A program made the position numbers and the translations under genes. The notes below the pieces were generated by a model, which worked only from the letters and a program-made list of their open reading frames with translations, had not been told where the DNA came from and made no database searches. A stretch of 63,252 nucleotides of DNA, filler included, from Candidatus Rokuibacteriota bacterium (GTDB taxonomy: Bacteria; JAUVQV01; DATDCY01), in the NCBI GenBank assembly GCA_031406795.1. It is 9 parts of 9 records of this genome, joined end to end, with 100 filler letters (N's around TTAATTAATTAA, not from the genome) between each part and the next. Parts side by side here need not be neighbours in the genome. Positions count along the whole stretch, not along the records: positions 1 to 14,740 come from JANOHV010000042.1; 8 more parts are not named here. One strand, given 5' to 3'. Shown here piece after piece: positions 1-9,497 of this stretch (within the stretch, counting starts at the first letter, position 1; the number at the start of each line of letters is the position of its first letter).

Positions 1-462
1 CTGGCCGCCGGGGAGCGCGTCTTCGTCAATCTGCTGCAGAGCTGGGGCACGGTGGTCGAGCCGGTCGAAGGGCAGGGGACTGCGACGGTGCTGGTCGGCG
101 AAAAGCGCTTCACGGTCCCGCTGAAGGACCTTGCGCATCGCGCGGAGGCCCCGGGCGGCGGGGTCGTCAAGCGCGCTGCGAAAAGGGGACGCTACAGCTA
201 CGCGGTCCCGGAGATCGCGACGACGACCCTCGACCTGCGCGGGCAGCGGGCCGAGGCGGCGCTCGCCGAGCTCGAGCGCTTCCTCGATGCCGCGGTGCTC
301 AATGGCATCGCGCGGGTTTCGATCCTGCACGGGAAGGGGACGGGACGACTGGCGGAGGCGGTCCAAAGGGTCCTGGGCGAGGATCGCCGGGTAAGCGCCT
401 TCGCCTTCGCGCCGCTCGAGCAGGGCGGCGCCGGTATCACCGAGGTGACGCTCTCAACGTGA
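1..462 (+). CDS. mutS2: MutS2 C-terminal region with Smr endonuclease domain (5'-partial)
   Basis: LDLRG...ILHGKGTGRL...GGAGIT Smr motifs preceded by a KOW-like segment; frame open from the window start. Confidence 0.85.
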   Translation: MAAGERVFVNLLQSWGTVVEPVEGQGTATVLVGEKRFTVPLKDLAHRAEAPGGGVVKRAAKRGRYSYAVPEIATTTLDLRGQRAEAALAELERFLDAAVLNGIARVSILHGKGTGRLAEAVQRVLGEDRRVSAFAFAPLEQGGAGITEVTLST

Positions 463-463
463 C

Positions 464-520
464 GGCCGCTGAAAAGGGCCCGTCACCCTCTTGTTCAGTC
501 TCTCCGCGACCGTAACGGCT
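464..520. repeat. Internally deleted copy of the ~120-bp palindromic repeat family R1
   Basis: Starts ggccgctgaaaagggccc and ends ctctccgcgaccgtaacggc, matching the left arm and right flank of the copy at 8178-8317. Confidence 0.6.
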
Positions 521-545
521 GTGAAAAAGCACCGGCCAGCCGGGC

Positions 546-1163
546 TCAGTTCCCGATCCGCCACGCGCGGCCGAGCTTCGCGATCGCGGCGTGCCGGTAG
601 CAGTCCGTGGTGTGGTCGTTGACCATGCCGACGGCCTGCATGAACGCGTAGCAGACCGTGGGCCCGACGAAGCCGAACCCGAGACCGCGCAGGGCCTTGC
701 TCATCGCGTCTGATTCGGCGGTGCGCGCGGGAATTTCGGGAAGCGAGCCCCAGCGGTTCTGTCGCGGTCTGCCGCCGACGAAACTCCACAGAAACAGGGC
801 AAGGCCGCCGTGAGTCTCGCGCAGGGAGAGAACGCCTGCCGCGTTGCGCACCGCCGCCGCGACTTTCAGCCGATTGCGCACGATCCCGGGATCGGCGAGC
901 AGTCGCTCGACACGCCGCGTGTCGTAGCGCGCGACCTTCTCGGGGTCGAAGCCGTCGAACGCCCGGCGGTAGCCCTCGCGCTTGCGCAGGATGGTCAGCC
1001 AGCTCAGGCCGGCCTGGGCACCTTCGAGTACGAGCATTTCGAAGAGCTCTCGCTCGTCGGAGACGGGAACTCCCCACTGCTCGTCGTGATAGCTGCGGTA
1101 GAGCGGGTCGTCGCCGCACCAGGAGCAGCGGGTCTTGCCGTCGGTCACGAGCGGGTCCGCCAT
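546..1163 (-). CDS. tag: DNA-3-methyladenine glycosylase I
   Basis: RCSWC, YHDEQWG, LEGAQAGLSW, FVGPT, NDHTTDC motifs. Confidence 0.95.
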   Translation of the reverse strand: MADPLVTDGKTRCSWCGDDPLYRSYHDEQWGVPVSDERELFEMLVLEGAQAGLSWLTILRKREGYRRAFDGFDPEKVARYDTRRVERLLADPGIVRNRLKVAAAVRNAAGVLSLRETHGGLALFLWSFVGGRPRQNRWGSLPEIPARTAESDAMSKALRGLGFGFVGPTVCYAFMQAVGMVNDHTTDCYRHAAIAKLGRAWRIGN

Positions 1164-1167
1164 GAGA

Positions 1168-2532
1168 TCACAACCCTTTCAGGATTCCCTCCGCCACGAG
1201 AGTGCCGTTGAGCGCCGCGCCGACGATGCCGCGCGACTTGCCGACGCCGTCGCCGGCCACGTAGAGCCCCGGCACGGTGGTCTGGAGGTTGCCGTCGGTC
1301 TCGTACTTGGTGTCGTAGAACTTGATTTCAGGCACATAGATCGTCGTCGAGGGGTGCGCCACCCCGGGGATGACGCGCGCGAGCAGCAGGATGCTCTCGC
1401 GCAGGTTGTCGACGATCCGCCCCGGGTAGGCGAAGGAGATATCTCCCGGCGTCACGCCCGGTCCGGGCGCCAGGGTCGGCTCCATGGCGTCGTAGCCGAG
1501 ATCACGATTGAAGAACGTTTCGCGTTTGGAGCGACGACCGCCCACCAGGTCACCCCAGCGCTGGACGACGAGACTGCTGCCGCCGCCCCAGAAGTTGGCG
1601 TACTCCATCACCCGGCGCCCCATCTCGGCGGTGTCCTGGAGCGGTTCGGTCATCGAGACGGTGTTGAGGATGGCGAAGTTGGTGTTCGCGGTCTTGCGGC
1701 TCCTGAGGGCATCGCCGTTTACCAGCCGCGAGCCGTTGCGCCCCTCGATGCGCACGCGCCCCCCGGGGTTGGTGCAGAAGGTGCGGGTGCGGTCCCCGTG
1801 GCTCGGGGTGATGAAGAGGAATTTCGGGTCATAGAGCACCTGGGTGATCTCCGCGAAGACCGGCGCCGCGACTTCGACGCGGCAGCCGATGTCGATGGCG
1901 CCCCAGCGCGGTGTGACGCCCAGGCCGCGGGCGGTCTCGCGGAACCATGAGGCGCCCCAGCGCCCGGGCGCGGCCACGACCGTGCGCGCGAGCAGTTCGC
2001 CTCCCGAGGTGCGCACGACGAAGAAACCGTCGTCGCCGCGCGTCAGGCCTTCGACGCGCGTGCTCAGACGGAACACCGCGCCGGCGGCGCGGATTGAGCC
2101 GGTGATCCGGTCAACGACGAGATGGGCGAGGTCAGTCCCCATGTGTCGCTGCAGCGCCGGGACCAGGGTGATGTCCCACGCTCCCTGGCCCGTGCGGCTC
2201 CGGACCCAGGAGACCCGGTCGAGCCAGCCGCGGATGCCCGCCTCATCGGTGCCGTAGAGGGTTTCGTCGGCGCCGTGGCGCAAGAAAGTCTCGTCGACGG
2301 CGCCGATGCGGCGCTGGGCCTCCGCCTCGGTCAGCCCAAGTTCGGCCAGATCCAGGCCGATGTGCAGCGAGAGGTTGAGCTTGCCGTCGGTCAGGGCGCC
2401 GGCTCCGCCGCTGCGCTGCTTCTCGTCGATGACGAGGACCGAACACCGTCCGGCCAGACCCTGCGCCGCGAAGAGGCCCGCGGGGCCGGCCCCGATCACC
2501 ACGACGTCCCAATGCTCTCGGGGAACACTCAC
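1168..2532 (-). CDS. FAD-dependent oxidoreductase (uncharacterised family)
   Basis: GAGPAG Rossmann motif, DGKLN, RTFCTNPGG, C-terminal GLYVAGDG. Confidence 0.85.
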   Translation of the reverse strand: MSVPREHWDVVVIGAGPAGLFAAQGLAGRCSVLVIDEKQRSGGAGALTDGKLNLSLHIGLDLAELGLTEAEAQRRIGAVDETFLRHGADETLYGTDEAGIRGWLDRVSWVRSRTGQGAWDITLVPALQRHMGTDLAHLVVDRITGSIRAAGAVFRLSTRVEGLTRGDDGFFVVRTSGGELLARTVVAAPGRWGASWFRETARGLGVTPRWGAIDIGCRVEVAAPVFAEITQVLYDPKFLFITPSHGDRTRTFCTNPGGRVRIEGRNGSRLVNGDALRSRKTANTNFAILNTVSMTEPLQDTAEMGRRVMEYANFWGGGSSLVVQRWGDLVGGRRSKRETFFNRDLGYDAMEPTLAPGPGVTPGDISFAYPGRIVDNLRESILLLARVIPGVAHPSTTIYVPEIKFYDTKYETDGNLQTTVPGLYVAGDGVGKSRGIVGAALNGTLVAEGILKGL

Positions 2533-2996
2533 GGCAGCGGGTGCCCGAGCCGCCGGGCGTCCTCCCGCCAGCGCTCTTCCATCAGGGCCTGCTTGTCGGG
2601 CGTGACGGGGAAGAACTTCCCCTCGGCCTTCGCGAGGATTCTCCCGTCCTCGCCCTGCACCTCACCCCGACAGACGAGATAGCGGCGCTTGTCCTCCGCG
2701 ATTTCGCCGCGCCCGAGGATCACGTCTCCCGGAACCGCCGGGGCGAGAAAGCGCACGTTCATTTCGCCGGTAACGTAAAAGCGTCCGGTGGTCTCAATGG
2801 CGGCCCAGGCCATGACCTCGTCGAGAATGGTGCAGAGGATGCCGCCGTGCGCCGCACCGGGGAAGCCCTGAGCGTGCTCGGGGATGCGAAAGCGGGTCTC
2901 GACCCGGCCGTCGACAAAGTACAAGTCGAGTTGCAGCCCGCGCGGGTTGGCCTTGCCGCAGGCCATGCAGCCGGGGTAGCCGATGATTTTCTTCAT
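2529..2996 (-). CDS. PaaI-family hotdog thioesterase
   Basis: CMACG..NPRGL and HGGILCTILDE motifs. Confidence 0.9.
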   Translation of the reverse strand: MKKIIGYPGCMACGKANPRGLQLDLYFVDGRVETRFRIPEHAQGFPGAAHGGILCTILDEVMAWAAIETTGRFYVTGEMNVRFLAPAVPGDVILGRGEIAEDKRRYLVCRGEVQGEDGRILAKAEGKFFPVTPDKQALMEERWREDARRLGHPLP

Positions 2997-3126
2997 GATG
3001 GGCGAGCATAACGCGGCGCCGTCCGGACCGCAAATCGGCTGCGGCCGCTCCTTGCGTTCCGCGTGTCGGATGGAGACAATGACAGAAAAAGCGGCACAGG
3101 ACTCTCATCAGCGCGGAGGTGTCACC

Positions 3127-4347
3127 ATGGCAGCGAAACGTCAAGTCAGGAAGGTCGGCATGCTCTTCTCCGGCGGCCCCGCCCCGGCGGCCAACGCGGT
3201 GATCTCGGCGGCGGCACTGGCCTTTATCGATGCGGGAGCCGAGGTGGTCGGCTTCATCGAAGGCTACTCCAACCTCGAGAACTACGATCCGGCGCGACCG
3301 CTGCTCGAGGGCAAGCACTACCTGCGGCTCACCCGGGACGCGGTCACCGGCATCCGCAACGAGGGTGCGATCATCCTGAAGACGGCGCGCGCGAACCCCG
3401 GCAAGGCCGTCAAGACGCTGGCCGACCTGGCCGACCCGGTGAAGAACGGCAAACTCGTCGCGGCGCACCGGGCGCTCTCCGACCTGGGGTGCGACGCGCT
3501 GATCTCCATCGGCGGCGACGACACGCTCAAGACCGCCAACTTCATGTACCTGCTCCCGCGGCACGTCGCGGGCCTGAAGGAGATCGCCGTCGTTCACCTG
3601 CCCAAGACGATCGACAACGACTACTTCGGCATCGACTGGACGTTCGGCTACATCTCGGCCGCCAACTTCGCCGCACAGGAGGTGCGCAACATCCGCGCGG
3701 ACTCGCGTTCGATGGGCACCTGGTGGGTCCTCGAGATCATGGGACGCAAGGCCGGCTGGCTGACCTACGCGGCGGGGATCGGCGGCGAGGCCTGCCGGAT
3801 GCTGAGCGTCGAGGATTTCCCGCAGCTCTTCGATCCGGCGAAGGAAGCCGAGGGGATCGTCAACCTGATCCTCGAGCGCGCCGACGACGGGAGAAAACAC
3901 GGTGTGATCTGCATCGCCGAGGGGCTGGCCGACCACCTGCCCGAGGCGCTGCGTCCGAAAGAGCTGGATGAGCACGGCAATCCGGTGCTCGCCGAGGTCG
4001 AGATCGGGCGGCTTTTCTCGGCGCAGATCGAGAAGGCCTACCTCGCCCGCACGGGGAAGAAACTCAAGGTGCGCTCCAAGCAGATCGGCTACGAGACCCG
4101 CTGCGTGCAGCCGGTGGTGTTCGACGTGCTGCTCGGCAGCCAGTTGGGCGTCGGGGCGTATCGGGCGATGGTCGAGGAGGGTCTCTCGGGCGTGATGGTG
4201 AGCGTCCAGGGGCAGCTCGCGCTGGTTTACCGGCCGTTCGCGACACTCGTCGACGAGACGACCATGAAGACGAAGGTCCGCTTCATCGAGCCGGGGAGCG
4301 ATTTCCACAAGCTCGGGCGCGCACTCGAATATCGGCCGGTGAAATAG
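3127..4347 (+). CDS. pfp: 6-phosphofructokinase, probably PPi-dependent
   Basis: SGGPAP, GGDD (second Asp is typical of PPi-PFK), PKTIDND, MGRKAG; GGAGGT RBS before ATG 3127. Confidence 0.88.
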   Translation: MAAKRQVRKVGMLFSGGPAPAANAVISAAALAFIDAGAEVVGFIEGYSNLENYDPARPLLEGKHYLRLTRDAVTGIRNEGAIILKTARANPGKAVKTLADLADPVKNGKLVAAHRALSDLGCDALISIGGDDTLKTANFMYLLPRHVAGLKEIAVVHLPKTIDNDYFGIDWTFGYISAANFAAQEVRNIRADSRSMGTWWVLEIMGRKAGWLTYAAGIGGEACRMLSVEDFPQLFDPAKEAEGIVNLILERADDGRKHGVICIAEGLADHLPEALRPKELDEHGNPVLAEVEIGRLFSAQIEKAYLARTGKKLKVRSKQIGYETRCVQPVVFDVLLGSQLGVGAYRAMVEEGLSGVMVSVQGQLALVYRPFATLVDETTMKTKVRFIEPGSDFHKLGRALEYRPVK

Positions 4348-4382
4348 GGGCAAGCGGACACAATTCCGACAGGGGGTCGATC

Positions 4383-5147
4383 ATGTGCAATCAGCTGCAG
4401 CTGCTCAAGGACAAGGTCGCCATCGTCACCGGCTCGAGCCGGGGGATCGGTGCCGAGACGGCAAAGCTCCTCGCCGCGCACGGGGCCAAAGTCGCCGTGA
4501 ACTTCAACGCCAGCCGCGAGCGAGCCGAGCAGGTGCTGGCCGAGATCCGGATGAAGGACGGCGAGGGGATCGTCGTGCAGGCGGACGTCACCGTGCGCGA
4601 GCAGGTCGACGCGCTGGCGCGCGAGGTGCAGGAGAAGCTCGGGCCGGTGGACATCCTGGTGAACAACGCGGCGATCTCGTTCCCGGTGGTGCCCTTCGCC
4701 GAGTACCGCTGGGAGGACTTCGAGCGCAAGCTCGTGCAGGAGATGGCGGCCTGCTTCCACCCCTGCCAGGCGGTGATCCCCGGGATGGTGCGGCGCGGGC
4801 GCGGGAGCATCGTGAACATCTCCAGCGGCCTCTCGCGCACCCCCGGGGTCGGCTACTCCTCGCACTCCGCGGCCAAGTCCGCGCTGGACGCGCTCTCGAA
4901 AAGCCTGGCGATGGAACTGGGCCCCGCCGGGATCCGCGTGAACGTCGTGGCGCCCGGGCTCACCGAGACGGACGCGACGGCCTTCATTCCGCCGCAGGTG
5001 CGCGAGATGATCGCCGGCCACACGCCGCTGCGGCGCATCGGGCGCCCCGAGGACGTGGCCGGCGCGGTGCTCTTCTGCTGCGTCGACTGGTCGGGCTTCA
5101 TGTCGGGCGCCTACCTGCCGGTCTCCGGCGGCGCTCACATGCCCTGA
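4383..5147 (+). CDS. SDR-family oxidoreductase (FabG-like)
   Basis: TGSSRGIG, NNA, NVVAPG; HSAAK occupies the YxxxK position. Confidence 0.9.
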   Translation: MCNQLQLLKDKVAIVTGSSRGIGAETAKLLAAHGAKVAVNFNASRERAEQVLAEIRMKDGEGIVVQADVTVREQVDALAREVQEKLGPVDILVNNAAISFPVVPFAEYRWEDFERKLVQEMAACFHPCQAVIPGMVRRGRGSIVNISSGLSRTPGVGYSSHSAAKSALDALSKSLAMELGPAGIRVNVVAPGLTETDATAFIPPQVREMIAGHTPLRRIGRPEDVAGAVLFCCVDWSGFMSGAYLPVSGGAHMP

Positions 5148-5270
5148 CGCACCCGCTAAGGCCCCACCTGCGGCGTCACGCTTCGCCACTGCGTCGCTGC
5201 GGCGTACTGCTCGTACGCCTCGCTCCTCGGGCTCGCGTTCCTTGCATCTGGGACCTTATCGGGCGCGTCA
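5146..5270. repeat. Palindromic intergenic repeat R1
   Basis: Core cgtcgctgcggcgtactgctcgtacgcctc..ctcctc...ccttgcatc shared with the 5573 and 14967 copies; complementary ends. Confidence 0.85.
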
Positions 5271-5307
5271 GCGTCGATAGTGCGGGAAGAAAACCCAGAG
5301 GAGAGGG

Positions 5308-5385
5308 ATGATGGCGAAGCTATACGATGTCGAGATCGAGATCGTCGAGCAGAAGGGGCGCTGCCCGAACGGGCACCAGGCCTCT
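5308..5385 (+). pseudogene. Truncated N-terminus of a small Cys-containing protein (TIGR04076-like)
   Basis: GGAGAGAGGG RBS then MAKLYDVEIEIVEQKGRCPNGH; family-like sequence stops at about 5385. Confidence 0.55.
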
Positions 5386-5389
5386 GCAT

Positions 5390-5530
5390 GGGGGCCTTCG
5401 CCGTCTACCGGGTGCGAAGGGTCGAGCGGGCTGTCTGAACCGAGGTGCGGCCGTGTCAAACGTGACGAGAGTCACAGCAGGTGCCGGTCAGGGATTGTAG
5501 GTTGTTTCCAGTAAGAGCGAGCCCTCCTCC
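5390..5530 (+). other. Structured non-coding element (candidate ncRNA or non-autonomous mobile element)
   Basis: Stems ccttcgc/gcgaagg, gggct/agccc, ctgaaccg/cggtcag and a gtgac-GAGA-gtcac hairpin, followed by a terminator. Confidence 0.35.
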
Positions 5531-5533
5531 TGG

Positions 5534-5572
5534 CCGCCCCGCGGGTCCTGCCGACCCCGGGGCGGTTTTTTT
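5534..5572 (+). terminator. Rho-independent terminator
   Basis: ccgccccgcgggtc...gaccccggggcgg stem followed by T7. Confidence 0.75.
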
Positions 5573-5698
5573 GCAGTCCGCTGAAACAGGCCCATCTGCG
5601 GCGTTCCGCTTCGCCCTTCGTCGCTGCGGCGTACTGCTCGTACGCCTCACTCCTCAGGGCTCGCGCGCCTTGCATCCGGGCCTGTTTGAGCAGCCTGC
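5573..5698. repeat. Palindromic intergenic repeat R1
   Basis: Arms gcagtccgctgaaacaggccc / gggcctgtttgagcagcctgc around the shared core. Confidence 0.85.
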
Positions 5699-5741
5699 GC
5701 AGTAGCACAAGGGAACAATTATCGGTGTTACGATAGAGCAT

Positions 5742-6557
5742 ATGAGATACGGCTCCCCTTCGTACGCCGGCGCGGGCTTCGGCTTCGGGCGGCCCTGGAC
5801 TCCGGCGGTCCGGGCGTTGATCCTCGCCTGCGGCGGAATGTACCTCGCGCAACTGCTGCTGGGGCGGTCGTTCCCGATCGTCGAACTGTTCGCCCTCGAC
5901 ACGGCTCGCCCGCTCGAGCTCTGGCGCTGGGTGAGCTACGCGTTCCTCCATGGCGGTGCCTTGCACCTGATCTTCAACGCGCTGGCGATCTGGATGTTCG
6001 GATCCGAGATCGAGGAGCGTTTCGGGACGCGGCGGTTCGTCGCCCTCTGCGCGGTGACCGGCGTCGGCGCCGCGATCAGCGTCATCCTGGTCGATCTGCT
6101 GCGCGGGCGCGAAAGCCTCGTTCTCGGGGCATCGGGGATCGTCTTCGGGTTGCTGATGGCCTACGGGATCCTCTTTGCGGAACGCGTGATCACGCTGCTG
6201 GTTTTCTTCGTTCTGCCCGTGAGCATGAAGGCGAAGCACTTCGTCCTCGCCTTCGGCGCGATCGAACTTCTCTTCGGCATGGCCGGCGGGGATCGGGTCG
6301 CGCACTTCGCGCACCTCGGCGGGATGCTCTTCGGGTGGTTGATGCTCCGGGCCCCCGCCGGCTTGTCGCCTCGCGGCGGCGGCGGGCCGGGGTTGCTCGC
6401 CGTCTGGCGCGCTCGCCTCGACAACCTCAATCGGGCGCGCGACGACCGGCGCATGGACGCGTTGCTGCAGAAGGTGAACGATCGCGGGATCGGTTCGCTC
6501 ACCGAGGGAGAGAAGCAGTTCCTGCACCGGATGAGCCGGAGGAAGCGGTGGAACTGA
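5742..6557 (+). CDS. Rhomboid intramembrane serine protease
   Basis: WRW..YAFLH, HLIFN, GASG, AHFAHLGG. Confidence 0.93.
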   Translation: MRYGSPSYAGAGFGFGRPWTPAVRALILACGGMYLAQLLLGRSFPIVELFALDTARPLELWRWVSYAFLHGGALHLIFNALAIWMFGSEIEERFGTRRFVALCAVTGVGAAISVILVDLLRGRESLVLGASGIVFGLLMAYGILFAERVITLLVFFVLPVSMKAKHFVLAFGAIELLFGMAGGDRVAHFAHLGGMLFGWLMLRAPAGLSPRGGGGPGLLAVWRARLDNLNRARDDRRMDALLQKVNDRGIGSLTEGEKQFLHRMSRRKRWN

Positions 6558-7705
6558 GCGCCCGCGGCCGCGCGGTGCGCTCGCGCTGCCTGCTGCTTCT
6601 GGTTCTTGCGCAGGCGCTGGCGGCCTGCGGGAAACAGCCGGAATCGTCGCCGCCGCAGTCCGCACCGCCCGGGACGATCCGCGAGCTGACCGATGGCGCC
6701 AGCGTCACGACCGACGTCAACGCCCGCGCGCCCGCCTTCGCCCGGACCGACTTCGAAGGCGCGCTGGTACGCACTCAGGACGCCATCGGGTCCAAGGTCC
6801 TGCTGCTGGACTTCTGGTCGGTCTTCTGCCAGTCCTGCCTGCAGGAGATGCCCTTTCTTCAGGAACTGCACCGGCGCCACGCCGCCGAGGGTCTGCAGAT
6901 CGTCGGGGTGAACACCGACTTCTTTCCGAAGGAGCGCATCGTCAAATTCATGGAGAAGACGGGCCTGGCCCTGCCGTACCCGCTGATCCATGACCGCGAC
7001 CAGAGCCTGAGCAAACTCTTCTCGGTCGAGGCGCTCCCGGTGCTCGTGCTCATCGACTCGTCGGGCTGGATCCGCATGGTGCACCTGGGCTACAAGCCCG
7101 GCGACGAGCGCGAGATCGAGCGGCGCGTCAGCAAGGCCTGCGGCCGCATCAAGGAGACCGTCGTCACCCTGCAGCCGGTCGGCGGCACGACGGCTTTTTC
7201 GCCGCCGGAGAAGGGGCGGGCGCCGGCGGCGGCGGGGACGATGGTCGATGGGTTTGTTGCGCTCGACGGCGAGGGGCGCGAAGCGCCGTTTGCCGGTTGG
7301 CGCGCCGGCTCGCCGGTCGTGGTCTTCTTCTGGTCGCTGTTCTGCCAGCCTTGCCGGGAAGAATTCGGCCGGCTGGAGAATCTCGCGGCGCACCCGCCGG
7401 TGCCGGGGCTCAAAGTGCTCGCGGTGAATGTCGATTCGCCGAAGCTGCGGCCGCAGGCGGCGCGCTTTCTCTCGGCTCGGGGCGACAGCATCACCGGGGT
7501 TTTCGACCGCGAACAGGGGGGCGGCCGCTACGAGATCGCGGGGCTCTTCGGGGTGAGTTCGACCCCGAGCACGTTCCTTGTCGGGGCGGACGGCACGGTG
7601 CGCGCAGCCTGGTCGGGGGAGGTCGACGAGGCGACGCTCGCCGCGGGCATCCGGGCGAACCTGGCGCCCGGCGGCGGCGGCGGAAGCACGGGGGCGAGGC
7701 GATGA
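6548..7705 (+). CDS. Lipoprotein with two TlpA/ResA-like thioredoxin domains
   Basis: Lipobox LAAC; DFWSVFCQSC and FFWSLFCQPC motifs; start codon uncertain (6548 or 6575). Confidence 0.82.
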   Translation: MELSARGRAVRSRCLLLLVLAQALAACGKQPESSPPQSAPPGTIRELTDGASVTTDVNARAPAFARTDFEGALVRTQDAIGSKVLLLDFWSVFCQSCLQEMPFLQELHRRHAAEGLQIVGVNTDFFPKERIVKFMEKTGLALPYPLIHDRDQSLSKLFSVEALPVLVLIDSSGWIRMVHLGYKPGDEREIERRVSKACGRIKETVVTLQPVGGTTAFSPPEKGRAPAAAGTMVDGFVALDGEGREAPFAGWRAGSPVVVFFWSLFCQPCREEFGRLENLAAHPPVPGLKVLAVNVDSPKLRPQAARFLSARGDSITGVFDREQGGGRYEIAGLFGVSSTPSTFLVGADGTVRAAWSGEVDEATLAAGIRANLAPGGGGGSTGARR

Positions 7706-8187
7706 ACCGGGCGGTCCTTGGCACGCTTGCCGGACTCCTTGCGCTGTTGGCGCTTCCTGCAAGTCAAGTCATGGGGCAGGCTGCCGCTCCCGCTGACCCC
7801 GTCGCTCCGGCCGCCGGGGATGCCGTGGTCGGGCTCTCCGTCCGGGGCGCCAACCGCGCCTATCCGACGGCGCTTTTTACCGCACGGCGGGTGGTGAACG
7901 ACGTGGTCGGCGACCTGGAGGTGGCGGTCTTCCACGACCCGGAGCGCGGTTTGAGCGCGGCCTGGTTTCGCCTGGTGCGCGGCGAGCCGATCGAATTCTC
8001 CGGCTCGGCCGCCGGCACCGTGGGGGATGACCTGACAACCATCACGCGCTGGGACCTGGCGACCGGCGTGGCCGTGGGGGGGAACCTGCAAGGGCAGCGG
8101 CTGATCCCGCTGGCCGTCTCGACGACGACGTGGGCCAGCTGGGCCGCAACCCACCCGAACGCCCAACTCTTCCGCGAAGGCCGCTGA
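7702..8187 (+). CDS. Exported DUF3179-like protein
   Basis: Signal peptide; RAYP, VVND.VG, TRWDL.TG, TTW..W...HP; ATGA overlap with the previous gene. Confidence 0.7.
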   Translation: MNRAVLGTLAGLLALLALPASQVMGQAAAPADPVAPAAGDAVVGLSVRGANRAYPTALFTARRVVNDVVGDLEVAVFHDPERGLSAAWFRLVRGEPIEFSGSAAGTVGDDLTTITRWDLATGVAVGGNLQGQRLIPLAVSTTTWASWAATHPNAQLFREGR

Positions 8188-8298
8188 AAAGGGCCCACCT
8201 GCGGCGTTGGACTCCTCCCGGCTCACTGCGGCGGGCACCAGCCCGCCTCATTCGCCAGATCGGGGTCCACCTTGCATCTGAACCCTTTTGAGCAGCCT
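8178..8298. repeat. Palindromic intergenic repeat R1 (divergent core)
   Basis: aggccgctgaaaagggcccacctgcggcgtt...ccttgcatctgaacccttttgagcagcct; the left arm supplies the upstream TGA. Confidence 0.8.
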
Positions 8299-8483
8299 CT
8301 CCGTCACCGTAACGGCGGAGGGGTGGCGCGGAGGGGAGGTCTCCAGCGGCGGAACGAAGTGAGTGCCCGCTCGGGGGGCATAAACACGATGGAGGTCCGC
8401 AGCGTCCACCCCAGCGGCGGGGTGGCAGGCAGGACCCCGCAGCCAGCACGGGAATGAAGGCTTCTCCGAGGAGCGGCCCCGCG

Positions 8484-8750
8484 TCACCGGGAGCCGGACG
8501 AGTGCTCCTCCTTGACCTTGCGGAAGAGCTGGTCGAACTCCCCCTGCCGATTCTTCTCGCGCTCCCGTCCGTGCTCGACGACCGCTTCGCGCCGGGCCTT
8601 TTCCTGTTCGAGTTCTCGCAGCCGCTCGCCGAGGAAGTCCGCGCCCGGTTTGCCTTTGACCTCCTCACGGTGCCGCAGCACGGTCCCGGTGGCGGCGTCG
8701 ATCTCCATGGCCTCGCTGCACTTCGGGCACTTCACGCTGATCACGGCCAT
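8484..8750 (-). CDS. Small hypothetical protein with N-terminal CxxC and coiled-coil tail
   Basis: AGGAGG RBS; VKCPKC; charged helical C-terminus. Confidence 0.7.
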   Translation of the reverse strand: MAVISVKCPKCSEAMEIDAATGTVLRHREEVKGKPGADFLGERLRELEQEKARREAVVEHGREREKNRQGEFDQLFRKVKEEHSSGSR

Positions 8751-8918
8751 TGCGCCTCCTGTTCAGCCGCCGCCCCGCGCGGCAGCTGACATCCATCATA
8801 GCGCCGCATGGGCGAAGAGGCCAGACGGCTTGCAAAACGCGGCGGAAGGCGAGATAGTCAGAAGCAGAACGAGCACGCACCGGGAGTTCGCGGCAATCAT
8901 GAGCAACAGGAGGCGACC

Positions 8919-9491
8919 ATGACGTTGAAAGGATCGAAGACCGAAAGGAACATCCTCACCGCTTTTGCCGGCGAGTCCCAGGCGCGCAATCGCTACACCT
9001 ACTTCGCGTCCCAGGCGAAGAAGGAGGGCTTCATGCAGATCCAGGCGATCTTCGAGGAGACCGCGAATCAGGAGAAGGAGCACGCCAAGCGGCTCTTCAA
9101 GTTGCTTCAGGGCGGGATGGTGACGGTTCAGGCCGAATTCCCCGCGGGGGTGATCGGCACCACCTCGCAAAATCTGGCCGAGGCCGCCGCCGGCGAGCAT
9201 TACGAGTGGAGCGAGATGTACCCCGGCTTCGCGAAGATCGCCCGCGAGGAGGGTTTCAAGGAAATCGCGCAGATCTTCGAGTCGATCGCGATCGCCGAGA
9301 AGCAGCACGAGAAGCGCTACCTCGGCTTCAAGGCCAACGTCGACGGCAAGAAGGTCTTCAAGCGGGACAAGCCCCTGAAGTGGGTCTGCCGCAACTGCGG
9401 CTACCTCCACGATGGCCCCGAAGCCCCCGACCAGTGCCCGGCCTGCGCGCACCCGCGGGAATACTACGAAGCCCTCTGCGAAAACTGGTAG
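8919..9491 (+). CDS. rbr: Rubrerythrin
   Basis: [22 protein letters not shown] and C-terminal CRNCG...CPAC rubredoxin domain. Confidence 0.96.
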   Translation: MTLKGSKTERNILTAFAGESQARNRYTYFASQAKKEGFMQIQAIFEETANQEKEHAKRLFKLLQGGMVTVQAEFPAGVIGTTSQNLAEAAAGEHYEWSEMYPGFAKIAREEGFKEIAQIFESIAIAEKQHEKRYLGFKANVDGKKVFKRDKPLKWVCRNCGYLHDGPEAPDQCPACAHPREYYEALCENW

Positions 9492-9497
9492 GACCCC

